The translations under genes and the position numbers were made by a program. The notes beneath the pieces were generated by a model. The model was not told the origin of the DNA. It saw only the letters and a list, made by a program, of their open reading frames with translations, and did no database searches. DNA of 26,480 nt. Origin: Gemmatimonadaceae bacterium (GTDB lineage Bacteria; Gemmatimonadota; Gemmatimonadetes; Gemmatimonadales; Gemmatimonadaceae). Every line of letters starts with the position of its first letter. Position 1 is the first letter of the stretch. The DNA is taken from the NCBI GenBank assembly GCA_035280125.1, contig DATEGN010000024.1, positions 1-26,480 of the forward strand, given 5' to 3'. Below are positions 1 through 7,618 of this stretch, in pieces.

Positions 1-253
1 TGTTCACCGACTGAACGCGCGTACCCGGCTCCATGTGCGTGCCGGTGTACATCGCCATGGTGCGCGCGAACAGAGAATCGGTGGGTGGCGGTGGACCGCT
101 GCGCTCTCCCTCGGCAATGACGGCTTGCACGGGCGTTCCTCGCGTGATCGAAAGCAATCCAACGAACGCGAGATAGCACACCACGATTCCGACGATCACA
201 ATGCCTAAGCGCTCGATGCGCTCGGCGAAGCTGTAGCTCCGTTCTGGTGGCAT
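1..253 (-). CDS. Probable cardiolipin synthase / phospholipase D family protein, N-terminal part only (runs off the left edge)
   Basis: Translated by hand: ATG at 253, open for 84 codons to the window edge (MPPERSYSFAERIERLGIVIVGIVVCYLAFVGLLSITRGTP...DSLFARTMAMYTGTHMEPGTRVQSVN). One N-terminal TM helix, then a segment resembling the region just before the first PLD domain of Cls-type proteins. No HKD motif lies inside the window. Confidence 0.5.
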   Translation of the reverse strand, partial: MPPERSYSFAERIERLGIVIVGIVVCYLAFVGLLSITRGTPVQAVIAEGERSGPPPPTDSLFARTMAMYTGTHMEPGTRVQSVN

Positions 254-283
254 TCGAGCCCTCTGTTACACATACTCTGTGCC

Positions 284-1000
284 ATGCCTGGAACTGAGTT
301 TCGTGGCCCGGTGCTGCTCACCGGGGTTGGACGAGAGGGTCAGGTTGGAGAGACAGTTGCCCGCACGTTGGCCGAGCGAGGCGCAACGTTGCTGCTCGTC
401 GATCGCAATCCCGATCAGTCACGCGACCGCGCGAACACTCTGACGAAAGCTGGCCTGAAGGCTTTCCCGTTCGGGTGCGATCTCGCTGACCAAGGCTCGG
501 TCGCTGAGCTGGCGAACCGCATCCGCGGCGAGCACGGCGATCGTCTTGGCGCTCTGGTGCACGCCGCTGGTGGTTTTGCCATGAGCGGTCCGGTGGCCGA
601 CAGCGATGTCGACGTGTGGCATCGGATGATGAGCATCAATCTCACGACGGCGTTTCTCGTGACTCGTGCTTTTCTTCCGTTCGTTCGGGCGGCACGAGGT
701 GCCATTGTTTACTTCGCTTCGGAAGCGGCACTCCCAGGTGCGAAGGTCGGAAACATCGCTGCGTATGCGGCGGCGAAGAGCGGTGTCGTCACGCTCATGC
801 GTTCCGTTGCTCAAGAGGAACGCGATACAGGTGTGAGAGCGAATGCGCTCGCACCAACGTCGATTCGTACCAACGCGAACGTGAAGGCAATGGGTGAGAA
901 CGTTCGCTATGTCGAGCGCGATGAAGTGGCGCACGCAGTCGCATATCTGTGCAGTGATGACGCAAGCGCGATAACCGGCCAGCTGGTTGCACTGTCGTAA
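284..1000 (+). CDS. Short-chain dehydrogenase/reductase (SDR) family oxidoreductase
   Basis: N-terminal Gly-rich TGVGREGQVG, acidic residue after beta2 (LVD), HAAGG (NAG-like), catalytic YAAAK (YxxxK), and RANALAP. 238 aa. Confidence 0.93.
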   Translation: MPGTEFRGPVLLTGVGREGQVGETVARTLAERGATLLLVDRNPDQSRDRANTLTKAGLKAFPFGCDLADQGSVAELANRIRGEHGDRLGALVHAAGGFAMSGPVADSDVDVWHRMMSINLTTAFLVTRAFLPFVRAARGAIVYFASEAALPGAKVGNIAAYAAAKSGVVTLMRSVAQEERDTGVRANALAPTSIRTNANVKAMGENVRYVERDEVAHAVAYLCSDDASAITGQLVALS

Positions 1001-1054
1001 GGCTGGCGTGCGACTGCCTTGCCCGTCGCCCAGCGCCACTTCACTTTCCCAGCC

Positions 1055-1906
1055 ATGAGCCTCGCCGCGCGGCGACGCGTCACGGCGCGCGTCGTTCTGC
1101 TCGATCGGTCGTTAGAGCGGCTTCCGCTTTTCCGACTCAGCGATTCCACGGACGATTCCGCCATCAGCTGCGCGGCGGACGACGGCGGACGTTGGCGCGT
1201 GCTTCCGAGTCCCGGTGATCGGCTTCCTGGTACGTTCGACCAGGACGTCTACGTCGAGCTGATGCATCGCTTCCATGAGGCCGGCGAGCCTGAGGACGGC
1301 GCGATCACCTTCACCTTACATGCATTCCTCCGTTCGATGGGACGTCAGGTCGATGGGCGCACGTACGAGCAGCTGCGCGGAGCGTTGACCCGTCTCGAGC
1401 GCACAACGCTCGAATCGACTGGCAGCTACTACAGCTCCACAGCAGGCAGAACGATCGAGGCGCGCTTTTCGATCCTGAGCTCGGTTGTGATCGAGCGACG
1501 TCGTATTGCGGATCGTGATCAGCTCGCTCTTTTCGAGGGCGCGACGACTGGAGAGCCCGGCGTCGCACGCGTTGTCGTCGCACCCCCAATTCGTGAGAAT
1601 CTCGCCGGCCGGTTCACGTCCTCGCTTTCCGTCACGAGATATCTCGACCTCGCATCACCAGTGGCGCGCCGACTCTACCGTTTACTCGAGGTTGCCCGAG
1701 CCGATGGCGTGCTTACTTGGCGAGTCTCTCTGGATCGCCTGAAGGAGCTCCTGCCCCTTGTACAGCGATATCCGTCACACTTGCAACGAGTGCTTCAACC
1801 GGCCCATGAAATGCTAGAATCGGCCGGTGTAGTGCGGAGCGCGTCCGTTCGGCAGCAGCAGCGTGAGTGGTTCGTCGATTACGTCTTGGCGGCGCGAGGC
1901 GTCTAA
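1055..1906 (+). CDS. Plasmid-type replication initiator protein A-like (RPA/TrfA/Rep_3 winged-helix superfamily)
   Basis: Motifs ERLPLFRLS, LPGTFDQDVYVEL, TYEQLRGALTRLERTT and YLDLASPVARRLYRLL follow the pattern of RepA/RPA initiators. ATG at 1055 gives 283 aa; an alternative TTG start is at 1019. Confidence 0.72.
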   Translation: MSLAARRRVTARVVLLDRSLERLPLFRLSDSTDDSAISCAADDGGRWRVLPSPGDRLPGTFDQDVYVELMHRFHEAGEPEDGAITFTLHAFLRSMGRQVDGRTYEQLRGALTRLERTTLESTGSYYSSTAGRTIEARFSILSSVVIERRRIADRDQLALFEGATTGEPGVARVVVAPPIRENLAGRFTSSLSVTRYLDLASPVARRLYRLLEVARADGVLTWRVSLDRLKELLPLVQRYPSHLQRVLQPAHEMLESAGVVRSASVRQQQREWFVDYVLAARGV

Positions 1907-1958
1907 TTGGTTGGAGCTTGGCGCGAACAGGCTTCCTCGCGGCGGGTATGACGAGATC

Positions 1959-2153
1959 ATGGCCACGAAGCTCGAACGAACAATTCGGCGAGAAATTACA
2001 ATCGACGGCGAACAGTACACTGTTGCGATCTCGCCTGATGGACTGCGACTGACGAAGAAGCGATTTCGCTCCGGCGTAGAGATGTCGTGGAAGGCAATCT
2101 GGACTCAGGGCGACCACAGGGACGAGCCGCCCGTCGAAAGTGAGCACGGCTGA
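1959..2153 (+). CDS. Small hypothetical protein (64 aa)
   Basis: MATKLERTIRREITIDGEQYTVAISPDGLRLTKKRFRSGVEMSWKAIW has a beta-strand-like pattern. It has a purine-rich GAG upstream and fills the gap between two genes on the same strand. Confidence 0.75.
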   Translation: MATKLERTIRREITIDGEQYTVAISPDGLRLTKKRFRSGVEMSWKAIWTQGDHRDEPPVESEHG

Positions 2154-2179
2154 CCCCGCTCGCTTTGGTCCGCTATAAA
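2150..2179 (+). promoter_or_regulatory. Possible sigma70-type promoter for the S41 protease gene
   Basis: CTGACC (2150-2155), an 18-bp spacer, then TATAAA (2174-2179), about 30 bp before ATG 2209. Confidence 0.3.
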
Positions 2180-2208
2180 TTTCTTCGTCCCCAAGCCGGG
2201 CACTCTTG

Positions 2209-3834
2209 ATGTCACGGATGATCCGTTCCCGCAAATTTCTTCTAGCCAGCGTCGTCGGTCTGCCGCTCGTCGCTGGCGGATTCGTGCTGCAGTCGCGCGT
2301 CACGCGTGGCGGGCAAGCTCTCCTCGATCAAGTTCTGCAGCTCGTCAGCGACCGCTACGTCGATACGCTGGACGCCGGTCAGCTCTACGAGAAGGCATCC
2401 AGGGGCTTGGTAAAGGAGCTCAACGATCCTTACAGCGAGCTCTTGTCACCGAAGGAGCTGAAGGCCTTCACAACCAATACCGGCGGTCACTACGCCGGCA
2501 TCGGCATGCAGATCGAGCCGCAGCAAGGTCAGATCGTGATCAGCAAGGTCTTCCCGAACACGCCAGCTGAGGCAGGCGGCGTTCGCGAGGGCGACCGAAT
2601 CGTGCAGATCGATACCATTCACGTCGTCAACTGGACGACACAACAAGCGCAGGATGCGCTAATGGGCCCGGCCGGAACAAAGGTCGTCGTCAAGTTCGCT
2701 CGTCCGGCCGTGACTTCTCCCATCGAAGTACACTTTACGCGCGCGGTCATCCACGTTCCTGCCGTTCGATACCAGATCACCTTCGGCGCGAATGGCGAGA
2801 AAGTCGGCTACATCCCACTCGATCGCTTCAATGAAACGGCAGCGCAGGAAGTCCAGGACGCCGTACGCGCACTGCAGAAGCAGAACGTGCGCGGGATCGT
2901 CCTCGACTTCCGTGGAAATCCCGGCGGCATTCTCGATCAGAGCCTCGTCATCAGCAACCTGTTCCTAAAGGACGGACAGGAGATTGCTTCGATTCGCGCT
3001 CGGAATGGGGACACGCAGCCGTACGTGGCCCATGGCAACGCTGCGGTGCCGGCCACGCCGCTCATCGTGCTCACCGACGAGTACACAGCCTCGGCGTCCG
3101 AAATCGTTGCTGGCGCGCTTCAGGACCACGACCGCGCACTGATCGTCGGTCAGACCAGCTTCGGTAAGGGTCTGGTGCAGTCGGTCTTCAATCTCGACGG
3201 CGGCTATGCGCTGAAGCTGACGACGGCGAAGTGGTATACGCCGAGCGGACGTTCAATTCAGAAAGAGCGCAAGTTCGAGAATGGTCATTTTGTAGAGCAG
3301 GAGCCGGATACCACGGCGGAGACCGAGAGTGTCAAGAAGAATCGGCCGGCGTACAAGTCGGACGCGGGCCGGCTCATCTACGGCGGCGGCGGCATCACGC
3401 CTGACGTCATCGTTCCCGATGACACGCTGACGTCCGCGGAGCAGCGCTTGGCCAAATCGCTCGCGGCCAAGCAGCAGGATTTCTACACGACCTACTACGA
3501 CTACTCGCTCGAGCTCTCGAAGACGGCGAACAAGGACTTCATGGTTCAGCCGCAGTGGCGAGAAGAGTTGCTTCGTCGGCTGCAGGCGAAGGGCGTGACG
3601 ATCGATCGCAAGGACTACGACGCGTCGGCGCGGTATGTCGATCGCCTGCTCGAGCAGCGCGTGGCGCGGTTCGCCTTTGGGGATTCGGCCGCGAAGCGAC
3701 GTGATCTCCCGTACGACGCGCCCCTCCGCAAGGCAATCGACTTGCTCGATAAGGGTACCACGCAAAAGGAGTTGTTCGCGCTCGCCTCAGCTGAAGCGGC
3801 ACGCATGCCTTCGGTCCAGGCGAAGCGGCGCTAG
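2209..3834 (+). CDS. ctpA: S41 family C-terminal processing peptidase (CtpA/Prc-like) with PDZ domain
   Basis: N-terminal TM/signal, LNDPYS, YAGIGM (PDZ entry), LDFRGNPGG, catalytic TASASEI, SFGKGLVQ and LTTAKWYTPSGRSIQ. Confidence 0.95.
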   Translation: MSRMIRSRKFLLASVVGLPLVAGGFVLQSRVTRGGQALLDQVLQLVSDRYVDTLDAGQLYEKASRGLVKELNDPYSELLSPKELKAFTTNTGGHYAGIGMQIEPQQGQIVISKVFPNTPAEAGGVREGDRIVQIDTIHVVNWTTQQAQDALMGPAGTKVVVKFARPAVTSPIEVHFTRAVIHVPAVRYQITFGANGEKVGYIPLDRFNETAAQEVQDAVRALQKQNVRGIVLDFRGNPGGILDQSLVISNLFLKDGQEIASIRARNGDTQPYVAHGNAAVPATPLIVLTDEYTASASEIVAGALQDHDRALIVGQTSFGKGLVQSVFNLDGGYALKLTTAKWYTPSGRSIQKERKFENGHFVEQEPDTTAETESVKKNRPAYKSDAGRLIYGGGGITPDVIVPDDTLTSAEQRLAKSLAAKQQDFYTTYYDYSLELSKTANKDFMVQPQWREELLRRLQAKGVTIDRKDYDASARYVDRLLEQRVARFAFGDSAAKRRDLPYDAPLRKAIDLLDKGTTQKELFALASAEAARMPSVQAKRR

Positions 3835-3860
3835 ATGAGCACCTGATCTAGATTCGGGGC

Positions 3861-4922
3861 ATGCATCCACGCCTGCCCCAGCAGAGATCGATAAGGGCCG
3901 CCGCCCTCACCGGGTCGGCGGCCTTTGTTTTGTTCATCGGCGGCGCCGCTCGCTCGAAACCTAACGAACCGAACGAGCCGCATCTTCGCAATATCCGACA
4001 GCTCACCTTCGGTGGTCAGAACGCCGAGGCGTACTTCAGCCAGGACGGAACGCATCTGATCTTTCAGTCGACGCGAGAGGGTCGGAGCTGCGATCAGCAG
4101 TTCATCATGAACGTCGACGGCACGAACGTTCGACGTATTTCTACAGGGAGTGGAAAGACGACCTGTGGATTTTTCTTCGCAGGTGACCAGCGCGTCTTCT
4201 TCGCGTCGACCCATGCGGTCGACACGGCCTGCCCGCCGCGTCCGGATCCATCCAAAGGTTACGTGTGGGGTCTCGACCCGTACGACATCTACACCGAAAA
4301 TGCCGACGGCTCGAATCTCCAGCGCCTGACGCGGTATGGCGTCTACACAGCCGAGGGCACGCTTTCCCCCGATGGAAAGACGATTGTCTTCACATCGCTG
4401 AAGGATGGAGATCTCGACATTTACACCATGAGCACGGACGGCTCGAACGTCAGGCGTTTGACGAACACGCCAGGCTACGATGGTGGGCCGTTCTTCTCGC
4501 CTGATGGAAAGCACATCGTTTATCGTGCGTGGCACCCCACGGATACGGCGCTGGCGAACTACCGCGAGCTTCTCAGCCAGCGCCTGGTGCGCCCGAATCG
4601 GATGGAGATCTGGACCATGGACGCGGACGGCGCGAACCAGCATCAGATCACGAGTCTGGGCGGCGCAAACTTCGCACCGTATTACACGCCCGACGGTAAG
4701 CGGATCATTTTTTCCTCCAATTACAAGAACCCCCACAGCCGGAATTTTGACCTCTATCTCGTGAACATCGATGGTACGGGGCTCGAGCAGGTGACAAACC
4801 ATCCCGAGTTCGATGGTTTCCCGATGTTCAGTCCCGACGGCAAGAAGCTCGTCTGGGCGGCGAATCGAAGTGGCGCTTCGGTCGACCAGTTGAACATTTA
4901 CAGCGCGGATTGGCAGCCCTAG
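3861..4922 (+). CDS. Secreted TolB-like PD40 (WD40-like) beta-propeller protein
   Basis: Signal-like N-terminus and repeated FS(P/Q)DG-type blades (YFSQDG, TLSPDG, FFSPDG, YYTPDG, MFSPDG). No TolB N-terminal alpha/beta domain. Confidence 0.9.
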   Translation: MHPRLPQQRSIRAAALTGSAAFVLFIGGAARSKPNEPNEPHLRNIRQLTFGGQNAEAYFSQDGTHLIFQSTREGRSCDQQFIMNVDGTNVRRISTGSGKTTCGFFFAGDQRVFFASTHAVDTACPPRPDPSKGYVWGLDPYDIYTENADGSNLQRLTRYGVYTAEGTLSPDGKTIVFTSLKDGDLDIYTMSTDGSNVRRLTNTPGYDGGPFFSPDGKHIVYRAWHPTDTALANYRELLSQRLVRPNRMEIWTMDADGANQHQITSLGGANFAPYYTPDGKRIIFSSNYKNPHSRNFDLYLVNIDGTGLEQVTNHPEFDGFPMFSPDGKKLVWAANRSGASVDQLNIYSADWQP

Positions 4923-4989
4923 CCGTTAGGCAGAGCGGTTAGTTCGCGCCGGCAATGTTATTGGTGGGCAACACGTCGAGGATTGCTCG

Positions 4990-6141
4990 TCAGGATGCGA
5001 CGGCGTGCATCCGATCCGCGCTGTCGAGATTCTCCGCGAGATGCCGCGAGCTTCGAGTTCCGACCAATGCGCAAGTGACCCCAGGAAGAGATCGCACGAA
5101 CGCGATGGCACGCTGCGCGTCGGTCTTCTGACCCGGAAACAGCTCTCGGACCGACGGCGGCAGATCCTTCGCGAGCTGCGCCTGCATGAGGGATGCGCTG
5201 GCAACCACAGTCAGGCCAAGCGATTTGGCTGCCTCCAGTGCAGGCACGAGCGTCCGCTTTTTTCCGATTTCCTGCGTCGGTTCACGGAACGCCTCCGGCA
5301 TCGCAAGATTGACCGGCATCTGCACTGCGCGGAAATGATGGCCCTCACCCGCGACCTCACGCGCGATGGCCAGCAAGTCCTCTAAGGACTGGTGTGTCTT
5401 CGAGCTGGGTAATACGCGAAGGGCTTGCCAGGTGGCGCATCCGTACGCGCGGATCTCACCTCGAGTCACCGAATCCTCGAGCACCATGAATGCAGCGCGT
5501 AATCGCTCGCGCAATGACGCCGGTGTCACCGCAGCGAGCTGCTGCTCGGGATTGTGCAGGTAATAGAGGTCGATGATCTCCACGCCGAGGTTTCTTCGGC
5601 TGCGCTCGATCGAATACCGGATGAACCCGGGAGAGATCGAATGGCCACCGGCGACGATGTCGTCGGGCGTCAGTATCTGTGGGTCGAAGAACTCGCGCTT
5701 GAGATATGCTCGATACTCCTCGCGCGACTCCGGAGGTTTGTCCTCGAGCGGGAGAAAGCCGCCTTTTGTGCAAACGACCAGCGCCTCACGCGGTGTCCCT
5801 TGCTGAAGTAAACGCTGAATCGCGGCACCTACCGCCCGCTCCGAACGCTGGCAGCGATAGTTGACCGCCGTGTCGATGAGATTCACGCCGGATCCAATTG
5901 CCGTTGCGACGGCATCCTCGTAGTTCGCGTCGTCCTCCTCGCTGCATTCGCCGAGGTAAGTACCGATGCCAATCGAGGAGATCAGATCGCCGCCTGCGGC
6001 CCGTCGATAGAAGTCCGGCGCGTAGCGTTCCGCAAAGCGCGCGGCGTACGCCTCCGTCGCAGTGACGGCAGCTCCGTCGCCATTGCTTTGCGTCGCCTCG
6101 TACATCGGCGACTCGGCACCCGCCGCAGCTTTCTTTCGCAT
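4990..6141 (-). CDS. Aldo/keto reductase family protein
   Basis: SIGIGT, GVNLIDTAVNY (Asp, Tyr), CTKGG (Lys), IDLYYLHNPE (His), VQMPVN and LVGTRS. The AKR catalytic tetrad is present. GGATAAGG lies upstream. Confidence 0.92.
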   Translation of the reverse strand: MRKKAAAGAESPMYEATQSNGDGAAVTATEAYAARFAERYAPDFYRRAAGGDLISSIGIGTYLGECSEEDDANYEDAVATAIGSGVNLIDTAVNYRCQRSERAVGAAIQRLLQQGTPREALVVCTKGGFLPLEDKPPESREEYRAYLKREFFDPQILTPDDIVAGGHSISPGFIRYSIERSRRNLGVEIIDLYYLHNPEQQLAAVTPASLRERLRAAFMVLEDSVTRGEIRAYGCATWQALRVLPSSKTHQSLEDLLAIAREVAGEGHHFRAVQMPVNLAMPEAFREPTQEIGKKRTLVPALEAAKSLGLTVVASASLMQAQLAKDLPPSVRELFPGQKTDAQRAIAFVRSLPGVTCALVGTRSSRHLAENLDSADRMHAVAS

Positions 6142-6430
6142 TCGCTCGCACCTTATCCCTTGCCTGAAAGCGAGGCAAGACCTGGTCTGTCACGTCTTAA
6201 ACACCTCGCAGACAGGCATCACGTTTCCGAGACCCACCGCAACTCGTCCCTGAGCTCGGTGGGCCGCTGATCGATATCTTCGGTAGTGTGACTGGGACCA
6301 CAGCGTTAGATTTGCTCACTCTTGGGCGCGTTCCAGGGATTCCTGTGACGCGAGCAGATCTCCTTCCGTAGCAGATCGCGAGAGCAATGACGCCGCGCGA
6401 TCTAGGGTTTACCAGCACGTGGAGTTTCGG

Positions 6431-7222
6431 ATGCCAGGGTTCGGGGAGTTGGCCGCTCGATGGTGGATGCCAATCGTATTCATCGTCATCGCTGGCCACA
6501 TAACCAACGTCTGCGTAACGCTTTTCCTCCATCGAGCGCAGACACATCGAGGCGTGCGGCTCCATTACATCGCAGCCCTTCCCATGCGACTCTGGCTCTG
6601 GCTCACCACGGCCATCGTCACGAAAGAATGGGTCGCCTGCCACCGCAAGCATCACGCGTTCGCTGATCGAGAGGGCGATCCGCACAGCCCCCTCCTCGAG
6701 GGGCTCAGAAACATCCTCCTCAAGGGCGCCTTCTACTATCGCAAGGCCGTGCGCCAGCCGGGCATCCTCGAGAAATATGGCAAGGGCACACCTAACGACT
6801 GGCTCGAGCGCCACCTGCTCACGCGTCTCAATTGGCTCGGCATCCTGGTGATGCTGGTCATCGACATCTATCTGTTCGGCTTCTTCGTTGGGCCGCTCGT
6901 GTGGGGTGTTCAGATGCTCTGGATCCCCTTCTGGGCCGCCGGCGTCGTGAACGGGATCGGTCACGCACTGGGCTACCGAAACTTCCAGGTGAAGGACGAG
7001 AGCCGGAACATCACCCCGATCGCCATTTGGCTCGGCGGCGAGGAGCTGCATAACAATCACCATGCGGATCCGAAGTCAGCTCGATTCGCCGCCAAGTGGT
7101 ACGAGTTCGATATCGGCTGGATCTACATCCGGCTGCTCCAGTTCGTCCGATTAGCGAAGGTGGAGTATGCCCGAGGATCGGCGACACGAAATACACAGCC
7201 GGAGCTCGAGACGGCGGGCTGA
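6431..7222 (+). CDS. Membrane fatty-acid (acyl-CoA, delta-9 type) desaturase
   Basis: Three His boxes (HRAQTH, HRKHH, HNNHH), WYEFDIGW, and hydrophobic TM stretches. GGAG at 6421-6424 favours ATG 6431 over GTG 6419. Confidence 0.93.
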   Translation: MPGFGELAARWWMPIVFIVIAGHITNVCVTLFLHRAQTHRGVRLHYIAALPMRLWLWLTTAIVTKEWVACHRKHHAFADREGDPHSPLLEGLRNILLKGAFYYRKAVRQPGILEKYGKGTPNDWLERHLLTRLNWLGILVMLVIDIYLFGFFVGPLVWGVQMLWIPFWAAGVVNGIGHALGYRNFQVKDESRNITPIAIWLGGEELHNNHHADPKSARFAAKWYEFDIGWIYIRLLQFVRLAKVEYARGSATRNTQPELETAG

Positions 7223-7247
7223 CGGAGGGCTGCGTTCAGAACATTGC

Positions 7248-7278
7248 GGGCCGGTCGCTTGCGCGGCCGGCCCTTTTT
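7248..7278 (+). terminator. Intrinsic terminator after the desaturase
   Basis: Stem GGGCCGGTCGC / GCGGCCGGCCC (11 bp, one G-U), 4-nt loop, then TTTTT. Confidence 0.8.
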
Positions 7279-7339
7279 GCGCTCCGAAGACACCTAACTC
7301 CCTCATTAACTTTCCTTGGGAAGACAGCAAGGTGTAGAC

Positions 7340-7618
7340 ATGCCAGATGTGAAGTGCAGCCGCTGCGGACAGCTGAAGCCGGGGTTCGAGCGGCCACCGT
7401 TTCCGGGGGCAATCGGCGCGCGCATTCTCGCTGAGATCTGCCAGGACTGCTGGGGACAATGGACGCGCCAGCAGATGATGCTGATCAATCACTACGGATT
7501 GAATCTGATGGACCCGCAGGCGAGGAGTTTCCTCACGAAGAACATGGAGGCCTTTCTCTTCAAGACCGGTGGCGAGGAGGACGTCGATACGACGAAGAAA
7601 GGCACGATCTCGTGGTGA
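7340..7618 (+). CDS. yggX: Oxidative damage protection / Fe(II)-trafficking protein YggX-like
   Basis: PPFPGAIGARI...W..W...QMMLINHYGLN...R..L...M..FLF matches the YggX pattern. 92 aa, with AAGGTG upstream. Confidence 0.9.
   Translation: MPDVKCSRCGQLKPGFERPPFPGAIGARILAEICQDCWGQWTRQQMMLINHYGLNLMDPQARSFLTKNMEAFLFKTGGEEDVDTTKKGTISW

Noticed and set aside
1141-1159. CGATTCC repeated inside the rep gene as possible iterons
   Set aside because: Only 7 bp and two copies, explained by the encoded DSTDDS.
3831-4802. 323-aa - strand ORF
   Set aside because: Antisense shadow of the PD40 gene.
3861-4922. Repeated SPDG motifs as a CRISPR or DNA repeat
   Set aside because: They are protein-level PD40 blades with degenerate codons and no spacer structure.
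6197-7063. 288-aa - strand ORF
   Set aside because: Antisense shadow of the desaturase with no motifs. Long shadow frames are expected in GC-rich DNA.
7459-7614. Upstream extension of the GH3 ORF
   Set aside because: It overlaps yggX in another frame. The signal peptide begins after 7615.
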